From Eledone cirrhosa (lineage: Eukaryota): DNA of 64,000 bases. Positions within the stretch are counted from its first letter, which is position 1. Each line of letters begins with the position of its first letter. Shown here in pieces: positions 13,626 to 27,786 of the stretch. The stretch is from assembly GCA_964016885.1 (NCBI GenBank), contig OZ024741.1, forward strand, positions 377,642,001 to 377,706,000, in the 5' to 3' direction. The translations under genes and the position numbers were made by a program. The notes under the pieces were generated by a model. It saw only the letters and a program-made list of their open reading frames with translations. It searched no databases and was not told where the DNA came from.

Positions 13626-16059
13626 ATTCCCGGGAGCTTTCAACGCAAACGAGTCCTATGGCATAACATATATTAATAAGAATTCCCAATTACTGAAGGC
13701 TTATGGCTTGAATCAGTCACACAGTGATGAACGTAAATCCCTGCAGTTTTCCGTAATCCTCTAATATCATTTGTGATTTTAATACTTTGGACTTAAATAT
13801 CTCCAGTGAATATGTCTACATGTTAGTGAAATATATATTTTTTGACGTTGATGTTTCATCTATTTGAATACACACATGCGTATGTGGGAACATTTATAAC
13901 ATATGGAGACGCAATACGGTAGGGATGTTTCGCTATAAACCTATAATTCTATATTATCTATTCGCATCGAATATATATATTTATGTGTGTGTATGTGTGC
14001 GTGTGTGTGTGTGTATGTGTGTATGTGTGTATGTGTGTGTGTATATATATTAAATACATACAATTTTCATATAAAGGTTTCTATTACTCTATATAGCATC
14101 CTGCTGCAAAGAAGTGCATATATATTCGTCGGAAAACTTAGATTTCATTATATATTCTAAGAAAACATGATATATACGTGATTTGTAATCGGTTTTATTT
14201 TGCTCATATCATTCCTGTTCCTCGCACCATCTATTTACATATCCATGACTTCCATATGCTGAAATTGTACTAAACTATACGTTAAACGTTTGATAGAAAT
14301 TTGTTGGTAAATAAGCAATATTTCCAGCCATAATCGAATTATGCGATACCTTCTCATCTATTTTACATCGTTCAGTAACTGTTTTATATATTCAATTATA
14401 TTGCTTTGTGTTAACGCCAACAAAGTCTCCATTAATAACAGCCACGTTTACTTATTTTAACCAAGTTAAGAATACGTATCTGTAAATGTACAACACGCTT
14501 ATATTTTTAGATGGACACGTGTTTAATTGTTGATGATGTCATTATTTGCTGTTAAAAGACGTGTTGAATAAGAAATAATTCAAGAATTGCCCTATAGCTT
14601 GAAATGTGCAATTGAAACGTGAAAAACAAATATTATTAATAATAATATATCTATGAACATGAGAAATGTCTAATGAATATGGTACAGGTACATCAGTTAT
14701 AATAGATAAATTACCCCCTATATTTGCATAAAACATAGCCTTAGTATATCCGATTAAATTGATATAATTAAAAACGAAGTCAACCTCAAACAGCAAACTG
14801 CTTCATTAAACATTTGAGATACAGTGCTTCGACTTTGAGAATATCAGAATATGTGGAAAGCCAAGGCTAAAATCTTGCTGCTCATAAATATTTCGTCTTT
14901 ATCGGAGGAAATGCCGATAATATAACACCCATTCACCACAAAAATAGAAACTACAAATAGTATTACTCGTCAGCTCTGACTGAAATTTAATCATTGTTTT
15001 TTTTAGACAGCAACACTATCCTAATTCCATCACATATTTTATCACAATGCTACAATTAGTAGAGATGTCAAATCAATCATCTCCCCTATTCATCAAAACA
15101 AATGGAAAGATATATAAACCGCAATGATTCATGCATTCTAAATAAATCAAATAGTGAATACATCATACACATATTTTGTATATCGACTAATATAAGATAT
15201 GTTAGAATGTGGTGTTAAGTTAACTTGTAACACCAAAAATATATTTTCTATTATGTATTTTTTTATGGATTGATCTGAAGGAGAGTAATATATGCATCGC
15301 TATCGCAATTCATTCTGTCAACTGAACAGTTTTCTGGCTTATATTTTCTTCTGCCTCACCAACTAACCGAATCTCCTAGGCAAAGCCTTGTCAGTAGGAA
15401 ATGTTTTACTGCTACATAGAATGATATAATTAAAGTAAGCCCAATCAGCCCGTCACTCAAGCCACCCTTAACCTTTTTTCATGAAAAGCGGAAAAGAACA
15501 TTACTTGCATCTTTACATTCAATTTCCTCTTGAAACGTAATCTGAAGAAACTGGCCATCAAGAAAAAATATCCTCAAAACATTTAGACGCGTCCATCATA
15601 CAATTCCCTTTGCCATTGCTACAATGGAAGGCATGTCACAATAACAATCTAAATGAAGACGGTGGTTTGCTTTTCACTATAGAGACGGCTACTGGCAGGC
15701 CCACGTGTTAGCTATTCGACACACACTCATGCGTCGGCAATGCATCGACACTGGTTGAATGTTTGCAAAACGTTCTCAACGTCTTGTGTGTATTTGAGAA
15801 ATGAGCGGCTGTTGGTATTTATGTGTCTGTAGAACTCATCTCTAACAGCGAATGCCGCACTCTAGCAATGGCATGGGAAAGAAATATCCCTGACGTGCAC
15901 AGTAATCATTCTGGCAACAGCCGGTGAGAGCCTGGCAGTATTAAAGCGACAAAAGAAATATGGATAAGGACAACAGCAACACAACAATAATAGCAGCAGC
16001 AGCAGCAGCAGCAGTAAAACCAGTAATAACAACAATATCACCGACAACAATACTATGAC

Positions 16060-16560
16060 AATAATATTTGTTAGATGTACGGGTAGCTCCGTTCATCAGG
16101 TACAGTGTGGCAACGGTCAGATGTACAAAACATGAATATGATGATATGGCCACATGAACACGAACAATGTTGAGCGAGAAAAGAGCAATAAATTGGTAAG
16201 CAAATACCTCCCGATTGTACATATCGATACGAATGTGTGGAAAAGGGATAGGGTGAAGAGAGGAATATGTGTTAAGTGATAGGTTGCCAGTGATAATGAG
16301 AATCGTCTGCAGTACATTCTAAATGAGGCTGGCCTAGCAAAAGTGATTATTAAGAGCACATGTGATTACAAATGGAGAATCACAAAAGAGAAAGATTAAA
16401 GCAGGGGAGCGATGCCGGTGCACGATCAGTTTGTGAGGGGCACAACAATAATGAAATCATGGGATCGGGTAGATAGAGGAGATTTAAAGCTTGAAATGGA
16501 GTGCAATGGCTTCAGAAGACTAACATCAGACATTGCTCATAATCTTCGCTGTAACAATCA
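16060..16560 (+). mobile_element. R4/Dong-like non-LTR retrotransposon fragment
   Basis: VAPFIRYS..TRTML, RLYISIRMCGKG, and PVHDQFVR..KSWDRVDRGDLKLE (HGQF..SW.WL..GDLK.E motif). Confidence 0.6.
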
Positions 16561-16881
16561 CTTCAGAGAAGTGTTGTTTCTAAGAGGAAGGAGGCGAAAC
16601 TGTCACGCGCAATGGGAGTGCATCAAGACACATTTTCCTAATACATCACTATAAAATGTTGAGATAAGCCCTGTCTAACACATTATTAAAAAAACTTACT
16701 ATTGTCATATGAAAATACAGAAGTGTAAATATGTGTACATCCGTATCAGCTGTTATATATCTGATATGATTATTTAATAATTATTTCCCATCTATTTCTT
16801 GGCCATGGTACTATATGTAAAAATATTCACACACGCTGTAGTTACACACACTTACGCCCCGCCCATCTATATGTATGTATG

Positions 16882-16921
<40 letters not shown>

Positions 16922-18384
16922 AATGTTTGTGGAGTGTTTGCTGCATCTGATGATGATGATCAATATAGTTAACATTATCAGTAACAGCATCAGCACCCCC
17001 TCCCCACCATCATCAGATCTAAGATGCCCTCTTATTTTCCCTTTCGGTTTGGGCGTATTTAGATATGTGAATCATAAATATTGAATACTATTAACTGCTT
17101 ATTTAATCGCAATGTGCCAAGCTATTTTCGTCTGATATACTGCGTTTATCAACTTCATTCAAACATTAAATCACAGTATATATGACATTAGTTTACATTC
17201 CGTCATAAGGCGTGTATTTCATATATGCATGACCGTAAATGCCTTATAAAGTATGATGATAAACGTAATCAGATCTAACTATAACGCCTACATATCAACA
17301 TCAGTTATGTATCTCTTATAATGTGTCTCTATAATTTATATTTATCAGCTTAATATATCGTTATACGATATCAAGAGGAATATACACTTTTATTATTTCT
17401 GTCTGAACTGTGCACGAATCTATAAAATCAGATACACTCGTATATTTTTTGACATTATATAACAGCATCTGAACAGCCATTACTTACACGGCATACATAT
17501 CATGTTAAAGTGCCCAAAGTTGTATGTGATAGTATACAACAGTATAACATATCGGTTGCTATTGTTCCTACATTATGTCTACAGCGTCTCTGACCGAGTA
17601 GAATACGCCGATAAAACAAACCATACTTTATATAATAAATTAGACAAGGCATTTCTTTCTAGTAGATTGCATCGTAATCTAAAGGTTCTCTTGTTAAATC
17701 CTGTATAACTAATATAATCAATGTTGTTGCTCAATTAACATTTCAGTAATTTACACGTTAAATGACGGACACGAACAAATTAAGATACTAAAGCCAATTT
17801 ACCCGAGGTTTATAATCACGTAACAAGGTATATGTGAAAACTATCAGTGGATTATTTGTTATTAATGATATATTCGGGAGGCCTTAATAATATCTGCCAC
17901 TTAGTAGACACTAATCTACATTTTCAAATAAAGTGTGACCGGCAAAATATGTATGTTTCTATAAATGTAATACGAACTATCCTACTAGACAACAAAAAAC
18001 AACGCCATATGCTATCTCTACGGCCATGTAACGAATATCAATAAAAAAACTATCCCGACACTCTCTTGCACACATGCCTGTCTTATACGACTGATGCAAA
18101 ATATATACAAATTGTGTCCACACAAATATCCTATTTTCAGACATAGTGTGTCTTATTACATATATTCTATATAATATATATTATCCAATACGTAGTTTTT
18201 TTTTTTAAGGAGTAAGTATAATATTTAACAAAACAATTAGAATTTTAGTTTTTTGCTCTAAGATAGCGGATTACATAAATGCAAATATGGGGTACATCGA
18301 ATAAATATCGTTTTCATTCTAATAAGCAACTATTGGACAAAGACGGGCTTCAACATTGTTTCACGCTCTCCCTACAACCTAGAA

Positions 18385-18915
18385 TATGCTTGTTCTCCAG
18401 AATTATCATGGCAGTCGTTTGAAAGTCGTTTGGATACCTTCATTTTAGTTTAAGGGATCTCCACAGGGCCTTCATGACGGGGCATGCGCGATGCAACGAT
18501 TCCAATGAAGTCCAAAGATATTACTTTAAAGGAAATTAGAGTTGTGTACTTATATAAATTAATAAGTGTCAGTCTCGAAAAAGAATCTGAAATCTATTAT
18601 TTTCATGTTTAGCTGGAATACAAATAAATTGAAGAAAATTAATAATAGAGAAATAGCGTAAACCTTGTATATACTTATTATATATTTTTCATTTACATCA
18701 ACCTCAGTTTAAAGCAGTTCGATTTGTTTAAAGAGAAATCATCAGAGTGGAATAATTGATTTCTCTTCATTCTTGCATATGTTTCCCATACATTATAACT
18801 GCGAAGTAGCTAAATAATTGCTTGATATGGCCACAATGATGGCACACTGGTTCGGTATTCATCTTGATAAAGGTTTGTCGCAAAATAATCCTCAAACATA
18901 ATACTGGAACCTCCT
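18385..18915 (+). pseudogene. Decayed C-type-lectin-like domain remnant
   Basis: ACSPELSWQSFESR at 18388 (C..W..F..C-type start) and AHWFGIHLD...YWN at 18842 (WIG..W.W-like); stops and frameshifts present. Confidence 0.4.
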
Positions 18916-19195
18916 CAGCATTCTCAGTATTTGTTAGTTCGAAATAAATACATATTGCACTTATACTTTCTGTAGTCTTTTTGTAGTGCCGTTGTTAAAA
19001 TTTCGTCCAGTTTTTTCCTGAAGAGTTTTTTTTATCGAAGAGTTTAGTTTCAATGTTTATACTGCCCTCAACATATACCCGTGATGTAGAAATCGGGCAT
19101 GTTATGCGTGATTTAATGAGATGCGTGATTTAAAAACACACACAAACACATACATACATATATACATGCATATATATGTGCGTGTGTGTGTATGC

Positions 19196-19273
<78 letters not shown>

Positions 19274-19331
19274 GTACAGGTGCAATTGGATTGTATTCAC
19301 AGGCGGTATGCCAAGATTCTGGACGTTATTC

Positions 19332-19402
19332 TATATCTGAGGAGCTTTCGATTCCAAAATCAGGAACAAACATAATCGATCAGCAGTGAAACATGTATTA
19401 TG
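19332..19402 (+). ncRNA. Hammerhead motif with extended helix II
   Basis: tatat-CTGAGGA-GCT..tcgatt..aatcga..AGT-GAA-ACATGT-A-ttatg; palindromic helix III; one helix-I mismatch. Confidence 0.6.
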
Positions 19403-19441
19403 TGCCTAAATATGTATATACTGAATATGATTCATTTTTAG

Positions 19442-19620
19442 ATAAATCTGCTTTCAGTCGTCAATATGAATAAAACATGGTATTTTTATTAAATATGGAT
19501 TTCCACATCTTATAAAAAGACCATGTTTCATCCATTCTGACGACTGAAAGCAGATTTATTTGCTTATCAGAAACCACTGGTAAATGAAATAATTATCTCA
19601 TGGTGTTTATTACATAACTA
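19442..19620 (+). ncRNA. Short fold-back element with hammerhead at 19532-19587
   Basis: Inverted repeat 19442-19559; CATT-CTGACGA-c-tgaaagcagat/atttgcttatca-GAA-ACCACTGGT-A-AATG; same family as 62461. Confidence 0.75.
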
Positions 19621-19624
19621 TATA

Positions 19625-19936
19625 TATATAAAAATATATATTAGAAAGTGAGGTTTTTTTTACAAAATGAAAAATAACGGAGGTGTCCTACACGAGTGAA
19701 AGTATAAAGAAAAAAAGATGAAATCGATATTGCAACTGCAGTCTTATTTAACAAAATATATATATTTATTTGGTTCCTTTATCGGTTTCGCAGTTCTTCT
19801 GCTTTTCAAAAGTAGAGTTGAGATGGAGGTTCTGTGGTTTTTCTCACTTTTGAAAAGCAGAAGAACTGCGAAACCATTAAAGGAACCAAACTAATATATA
19901 TATATTATTAAAAATAAGACTCCAGTTAAATTTTCG

Positions 19937-19940
<4 letters not shown>
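19625..19940. repeat. Solo fold-back pLTR of the 23089-26650 PLE family, with U3-A8 hammerheads at 19776-19812 (-) and 19847-19883 (+)
   Basis: Inverted arms ~19738-19813 and 19846-19925; sequence matches 26465-26650. Confidence 0.8.
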
Positions 19941-19988
<48 letters not shown>

Positions 19989-20027
19989 AAATAACTGTCA
20001 TGTAAATAAGTATAATACATTATATAT

Positions 20028-20090
20028 AAATGTAAGTATGTATGTATACGCACATACATATATGCATAGAGACGTACAGTAGCATGTATA

Positions 20091-20154
<64 letters not shown>

Positions 20155-20596
20155 CATATATATATACATACAGGCACACATATATATATGTACGTATCAG
20201 TGTAGCGGACATTTATTATAATGCTCGCTTTGTCCGTTTGTAAACAAACGGACGGCCTCTTTTATGCCGTACGGTGTTAAGGCAACCACGTCACCTTTTT
20301 GTTCAACACTGACACAGGAACGATGTACTAGTTTCAAGCTTGTTAGCTATCGTCAGCACCGTATACCCTTCTGCCAGATGGTTGAACGTTCGAAAGTATA
20401 TACTTTCCTTATGAAAATTAACGGCTGAGCAGCCTAATTTGCATATCGAGTGAGTTCAGTCGTCCAGGCGCACCGAAAACGATAAAATGGAATAGAATTA
20501 AATGAAATTTCATTTCTCACTCTTAGTACGGCACTTACTTAAATGTAAGTATGTATGTATACGTACATACATATATGCATACAGACGTACAGTAGC

Positions 20597-20636
<40 letters not shown>

Positions 20637-20743
20637 GCACACATATATAAATCAGGCTGTCCGTTTGTTTACAAACGGTCAAAGCGAGCATTATAATAAA
20701 TGTCCGCTAAACTGATACGTACATATATATATGTGTGCCTGTA

Positions 20744-20796
<53 letters not shown>

Positions 20797-20852
20797 GCTA
20801 CTGTACATCTGTATGCATATATGTATGTACGTATTCATACATACTTACATTT
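20028..20852 (-). mobile_element. ORF-free HHR-containing repeat (partial tandem plus inverted segment), retrozyme- or pLTR-like
   Basis: Start repeated at 20028 and 20541, inverted at 20650-20852; HHR at 20321-20361 (-): CGGTG-CTGACGA-t-AGCT(aaca)AGCT-t-GAA-ACTAGT-A-CATCG. Confidence 0.8.
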
Positions 20853-20934
20853 ACCTATTTGACTTCATGTATGTACGTATACATACATACTTACATTTAC
20901 CTATTTGACTTTATTATTTTACATTACATGCACT

Positions 20935-21116
20935 GGATTTGCAGTATCGGTAGAGGGTCAGACGCCATGCTTTGACGCATAGAGTTACGGCCCTTGCCAT
21001 TCTGAATTCAAATGTCACCGAGGTTAACTTTGCCTTTCATCTTTTCGGCGTCGATAAAATAAAGTACCAGTAATGCACTGGGTATTTGCTGGCCTTGTGG
21101 CAAACGTAGAAACAAT
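20935..21116 (+). mobile_element. tRNA-derived SINE
   Basis: A-box-like GCAGTATCGG, B-box-like GAATTCAAAT, central ctttgcctttcatc..gtcgataaaataaagtaccag. Confidence 0.8.
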
Positions 21117-21263
21117 TAATATTAAATCAATAGATTCTAATAAATTATACCACCAAAGCAATGACGATAAAATTTGCAATTAGACGAACATATTGAAACA
21201 AAATAATACACGACTCCATTACATTTTTAAGAGTAAAGTGGGAATTCCTCAAGACCTACGTAT

Positions 21264-21398
21264 TATGGTTTCCGCTTTAGGCACAATGCCAACAATTTTG
21301 TAGGAAAGGAAAGTCGATTAAATCGACTCAAGTGTGTTACTAGTACTCTATTGTATCAAGCTTGTAAGGGTGAAAGTCAAAGATCACCTGTGCAGGTT
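21264..21398 (-). mobile_element. Diverged SINE fragment
   Basis: tttaggcacaatgccaacaatt..tactagtactc..gggtgaaagtcaaag matches the family. Confidence 0.55.
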
Positions 21399-22495
21399 AG
21401 TATAGAATATAGGAATAGAACACATAAAAAATATTGAAAGCCTTCGTACACAAAAATAAAGAGAAAAATAAAAAGAAACTACCTCTGCTTTCCAAACGAA
21501 ATCAATAACCAAAATGCAGAGTAGTAAAAAACATAAACATTATTCAGCATATAAAACAACAAACGTGTACGAGGAATCAAAGAACGCCCCAAAGTTGCAG
21601 TATTTATCGCAAAGAAACCGTAGCCATGAAAAACGATAGAACTTCTTTGAACAAACAAGCTGTCTAACTACAGGCAAAAATGATTTAACCAAGAAAACGT
21701 GAGAGAAATACCAGATACAAATCAAGAAATAACATAAGTAGATTGATTATAGGGAGAAGCGTAGTCAGCGAAAGAATTACCATGGCTGGATTTTTTAAAA
21801 CATCGATATCCGCACCTGTACAATTGACGAATTTTTTTATCAATACAAATATAAACCAAAGCATTACAGAAAAAAGGGAAAAAAGGAAGGCTACTGGATA
21901 TGCTAAAATTCCAGTTTTCTTGTTCGAATAATCAAAATATTACATATGTAACTATGAGTGATGTTTATGATGAAAGAGGTTTATTTAATGCTACATCAGC
22001 ATTTCTGAACTCTGTGTGAAACGTAGTGTGATAGGATAATCAATCTGTTCAACTAGCTTTGTAGTATACAAAGCATTACATCATATACAAGCTATTTGAT
22101 TATTTGTATTTTCGTATACTATAAAAATATCAATCTAAATTTAATATAGTAAGATTGAAAATCGATTGCAAATTTTACACCAGAATTTAGCCCGCAAATT
22201 TTAGTCATGAGTTATTGAGTGCAACATTATCTAATGCCATATGTTAGAGTTAAATATGTCTGATAAATTGTAGTAAAATACTTCAGAAGTGTCACAATAG
22301 TTTGCACATTTGGTTTGTTATTTGCTTTCTTGAATTGCATTAAATGTTTGATTTTGATTTTACACTCACTCAGTCACTATTCATTCTAAGATTTGGCTTT
22401 AGTTAAAAACATGTTATAGAATATCGCTTTATGAAAATAATATTTTTTGAAGTAATGAAATATTCCGATAAGTGTTACGATACCTGCTGAAATTA

Positions 22496-22543
<48 letters not shown>

Positions 22544-22629
22544 ACACATACAAACACAAACACACACACACACACATATATATATATACATATATATACA
22601 CGTATATATATATATGTGTGTGTGTGGGT

Positions 22630-22766
22630 ATTGTTATACTTTGGGAGGGCCATGGTACCAATAGTAACACACGAACAAATCAACCGGAAATATATAATAA
22701 ATGTGAGTGAAACCAATAGATGAGTCTGTTTTTATTGGCAGCAGGACCCTCCCAAAGTATAACAAT
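22630..22766. repeat. Short fold-back of a PLE pLTR terminus
   Basis: attgttatactttgggagggc / gaccctcccaaagtataacaat arms; same terminus as at 3326. Confidence 0.75.
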
Positions 22767-25700
22767 AACTGTTTCAACACACAATTTCAGATAAGTTAAT
22801 TTGCCAACCAAATTCAAAAACTATGTATATATATACATACAGAGAGAGATAGAGAGATAGAAAGAGAGGGAGAGAGAGAGTGTGTGTGTGTGTGTGCAGT
22901 GCTGAAATGGGGTAGACCACCAATAATAGGAGCACTCAAGACGTGAGGAGATGCACAGTAGGTGTAGAGATATCTAAAATCCCGACCCTGGCGCCAATTC
23001 TCTCACTCTCCCTTCCTCTGTATATATGATTATATACATATATATATATATATATATATCTATATATATATATCTATATATACCAAAGCTACACGACCCA
23101 CGACGCCCAGTGGCACAAACCGATTTTGAAAATAATCAACGCTTCAAATACAAACTTCTCAGCCCAACAAATTAAAATTCTCTCCAAAGGACTGAAATTC
23201 ACACCAACACCACAATACTCTAACCCCAATGAGATAAATGACGATATCTCACACTTCTGTAGAAAATTACGTTTCACATAGGAATTTTTTGATATGGAGA
23301 ATAAAGCAGCTACGACACAACACAGGGTAGGAACAGCGTTCTGGACAAATTTTGTGACCACATAGCCACTTTCCCATACCATGATCTACCTATACTTAAA
23401 CCCAAACCCAACTCGAGTGGAAGGCAATGGGAGATTATCCATGAACTAAAATACAATACTGACATTGATTTAAGGAAGCGGACAAGGGAAGTGCTGTTGT
23501 CATTATGGATGCTGAACAATATAAACATGCTATGTTCTCTCTCTTACGATACACTAACTACTATAACAGAGTAAAAAACTACCAGCACTCAAAAACTATG
23601 GCCAGATTAAATACATTCATTTGTTGATACCAGGAAGACTTAACTAAAAAGGAACGCGATTATTTAACACATTTTGAATACTAAAGCGGCAATCTTTACG
23701 GATTTCCGAAGATCCACAAGTGTAAAATGATTAACGATGCCTGTAAACAATGCACCTCAACTTGCGTGAACACACAATACCCCACTGACCTTAAATTAGA
23801 CCAATTAAAGCAGGCCCACAATGTTAAACACACAGACTAAGCAACTTTATAGACATACTACTAAAACAAATTCTCAAACTCATACCAATCCTTGTAAGAG
23901 ACGATCTGGACCTATTAAACCAACTCACCAAACATGTCAACAACGACCCTATTATTGTGTCTTTCGATGTAGTGAATCTCTACACAACGACCCCACACCA
24001 ATACGGACTAGAATCAATAGGATTCTGGCTAGAGAAATATCCCAATGACAGAATAGAAAAAAGCTCTATCACCGAGGGATTAAAATTTGTATTACAGAAC
24101 AACTTTTTTGATTTCGATGGCAGTACTAACAAGCAAATATCAGGGACTGCGATGGGTACAAACGTCGCTCCAACTTATGCCAACTTAGTCATGGCATACT
24201 TAGAAGTCCAGATATATGAACATTCCAAATCAAAATACGGATTGAACTTCCACAAATACTTATCTGGGAATTGGAAACGCTACTTGGATGATTGTCTTAT
24301 TATTTGGTCTCACACTCTTGACCAACTAAATGATTTTAAAAAATTAATTAACGGCATCAATAACCACATCCAATTCACAATGGAATACAGCCATGATCAA
24401 CTCCCATTTCTGGACATCTTAATCATAAAAAAGACACAAATATTGAAACTGACATACACTACAAACCAACAGATTCCAAACAATACCTTCTATTCAGCTC
24501 CAACCATCCAAAGCTCACGAAGACGAATATCCCTTTTAACCTAGCAAGAAGCATTTGCACAATTGTCTCCAGTTATGAAACGCAAAATAAAAGACTTCAA
24601 GAATGAAAGGAAATTCTCCTCAAAAGACAGTACCCAAGATTACTAATAAATAATGGAATAGAAATGTATAAATCAATAGGCATTGATAAATTACAAAAAC
24701 AGAAACAAATTGAAGGTACGTCCAATATTCTATCATATATCTCAACACAACCCAAGAAATGCGGAAGCTTACAACATTATTCACAAGAACATCCCAGTGT
24801 TGAAACAAGAACCAAGAATGAAAAAAAATCCCTTGAAACATACAAAATAATCAAAGGCAAAAGACAACCGAAATCACTAAAAACATTACTCACCAATATC
24901 AAATTACCTACCACAAACCCACAACCAACTGTAAAAAAATGTGGTCGCTAAAATTGTGGAACCTGCACTCACCTCATTGAAGGGAAAATGTATAGAACAA
25001 TTTATAATCAGGACAACATTTTATAAAAAATCACTTCACTTGCTCATCAAAAAATTAAATGTATGCCATTAAATGTAATGGATGCAATGAAGATTATATA
25101 GCACAAACTAAACTCACACTCAGAAACAGAATGACAGGTCATCGCCAACAATTACGAGATCCAACCCGAGACTGATACCACTCAGTGCACATCTAGACGT
25201 ATTCCAAGTCCCTCCATGTTATCTTCGCGCTGACAATACAACAGAACAAATACGAATAAATAAGGAAATATGTTTATTCAAAAGTATAGACCAGCATTAA
25301 ATATAGTTTAATATATATTATGTCAACACCATAACATGCTAACCACCCAAACAGACACATACATAAACACACACATAACACCTTCTATATTCGAAAATAA
25401 AAATCAGAGCTAAATAAACCTTAACATACATTACAGTCTAACACCTTAACATGCTAACCATACATCCCCCCCCCCACACACATATAATTATCTCCCCCAT
25501 TTCTAATAACGGGATCATTTTCCTACACACACACACAATATATATATATTTCTCTATCTTAACATGCTAACCATACTCCCACTCACACACATACACACTC
25601 ACATATACCACCCACACACACACACAACTCCCTACCCATTTCTACTAATAGTATCATCTTACCACACACACACACACACTAGCACACACACACTAGCACA

Positions 25701-25769
25701 CAAATAAACATACATATTTCTACTTACTTTATTTCAATAGAAAGTCTGAATTTTGACACGCCGGCACAC

Positions 25770-26410
25770 CAGCCACACTCATCGAACCAGAACAATGCTC
25801 CCCTTCCCGTTTTCCTTGACCATTATCTTTAGTTTGGCACAAAATTCTCTAAATGGCCACAGAAGAAATTTCCAAATACGGGTGCGAATTTTATGTACTT
25901 TTTTCACGTGACAGTCATAATTTCATTTATAACCAATCAAATTACATTTCAGAACATCAGCCATACTCACTGAACCAGAACAATTCTCTCCATCCCTTTT
26001 TTTCTTGAACATTATCTTTTGTTTGGCATACAATTCTCTAAATGGCTACAAAAAAATTCCAAAACACAGGCGCGAATTTTAATATACTTGTTCACGTGAC
26101 AGTGATCATTTCAATCATAACCAAACAATTATATTTACAAAAACAAAGCCTTCGTGAGCCACTTCTTTTATGTAAAAAGAAATTCAAACACAAACTGGCG
26201 CAAAAGCAGATGTGCTTATTCACGTGACTGCATCAACCAACCAAATTTCACTCATATGAAAAAACAATCTGAGACCCCTTTTTTTGAAGGCAAATATAGT
26301 AAGAACTTTGTAACGCGAACTGGCGCGAAATGTATTATACTTATTCACATGAGAGTCATCAACCAACCAAATTACTTTTCTAAAACCTAGCATTTCGAGC
26401 CACTTTTTTT
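25770..26410 (+). repeat. Diverged tandem repeats (~187-bp unit plus sub-repeats) in the PLE 3' region
   Basis: cagcca..gaaccagaacaat..ttctctaaatggc..ttcacgtgacagt occurs at ~25772 and ~25958; further ggcgc..ttcac repeats follow. Confidence 0.75.
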
Positions 26411-26483
26411 CCATATAACACAGAAGCAACATTCGAACACCAACCAGATGCGAGAACAATCACAACCCTTCATCTCAATTCTA

Positions 26484-26520
26484 CTTTTGAAAAGCACAAG
26501 AACTGCGAAACTGGTAAAGG
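26484..26520 (+). ncRNA. Minimal hammerhead, U3-A8 core variant
   Basis: CTT-TTGAAAA-GCA(caagaac)TGC-GAA-ACTGGT-A-AAG; the copies imply a helix III consensus of ACCGGT. Confidence 0.7.
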
Positions 26521-26653
26521 AACCAAATAAATATATTTAAAGAAATAAGATTCCAGTTGCATTTTCGATTTCATCTTTTTTTCTTATACTTCTTTCACTC
26601 GTCTAGGACACCTTTTTGTCTTTTTTCATTTTGTAAAAAAACCACTTTCGAAT

Positions 26654-26775
<122 letters not shown>

Positions 26776-27115
26776 TAAGTATCGAGAGCAGAAGAGATAG
26801 GCGATACATGTAGTTATTTGCCAATAGCATATGCAAAATAGTACCCAATACTTGTGCCTGCAGCGTTAAATATTAGAAGTGTTAATATCTAGTGGGCGAG
26901 AATATAAGCACATCGGACAACACATGGAGAGGTATATAAAGAAGAACAAACCGTTAAAACATGTTTATTTAAATAAACATGTATATATGTATATATATAT
27001 ATATATATATATAAAGGTTTACATATATAAATATATAAAGTCATAAATATATATGTGTTTTGCAACAGGTCACTTTGTGGTTCAATGAAGAATTAATAAA
27101 TTAAATAATCAGAGC

Positions 27116-27729
27116 TATATATCATAAAACATGTCTATAGAATCACCAGATAAAATATATACCGTATCCTCTCCCAATTAGCATAATTAACCATATACAA
27201 AATCAATTAGATCAAGCTATAAGAATAAAGGCTCCTATGAAGAAACCTCCGACAAATAACCGAAAGCTGCCCCTTCGCGGCGGTTACGAGGGATCATTTA
27301 TTGAATATTTCGACAGCATGTATAAATCGACCAGATATACAGTCAACTAAACAGAATTTGGTGTAAAATAAACTAGAAGAAAAGTGTACATATTTAATTA
27401 CCTCTACCATGGTTTCATCCGCATTTTAAGACATCCGATATTTAGAGCTTCGGATTCTTCAGGAAGTTAGCTCAAATTTAGACAATTAATTATCCGAAGT
27501 GATAGCGCCAAGAATACATTCAAAAATGGCTAAGAATGCTGTCGAAATATTCAATAAATGATCCGTCGAAACCGCCGCAAAGGGGCTGCTTTCGGTTAAT
27601 TGTTGGAGATTTCTTCATAGAAGCCTTTATTCTTATAGCTTGGTCTAATTGATTTTTATATGGTTAATTATGGTAATTGGGAGAGGAAACGGTATATATT
27701 TTATCTGGTGATTCTATAGACATGTTTTA

Positions 27730-27736
<7 letters not shown>
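27116..27736. repeat. Fold-back element (~200-bp arms) with a hammerhead in the spacer (27401-27466, -)
   Basis: Arms 27116-27319 and 27536-27736; reverse-complement motif CTTC-CTGAAGA-ATCCG..CGGAT-GAA-ACCATGGT-A-GAGG. Confidence 0.88.

Positions 27737-27785
<49 letters not shown>

Positions 27786-27786
<1 letters not shown>

Larger units (their letters stand above)
23089..26650 (+). mobile_element. Second Neptune-type Penelope-like element, degraded, with long 3' region and pLTR
   Basis: LSKGLKFTPTP, EADKGSAVV, YGFPKIHK, SFDVVNLYT, GTAMGTNVAPTYANL, WKRYLDDCL, KCGR*NCGTC, YAIKCNGC..YIAQT, RPALN near 25300. Confidence 0.92.

Noticed and set aside
13389-13676. Thr-rich mucin-like ORF (similar ones at 45872-46138 and 15862-16050)
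   Set aside because: Translations of trinucleotide microsatellites with no supporting gene structure.
15340-15860. Degraded LINE RT on the - strand (MDASKCF resembling LDASKAFD)
   Set aside because: One short motif only; not enough to call.
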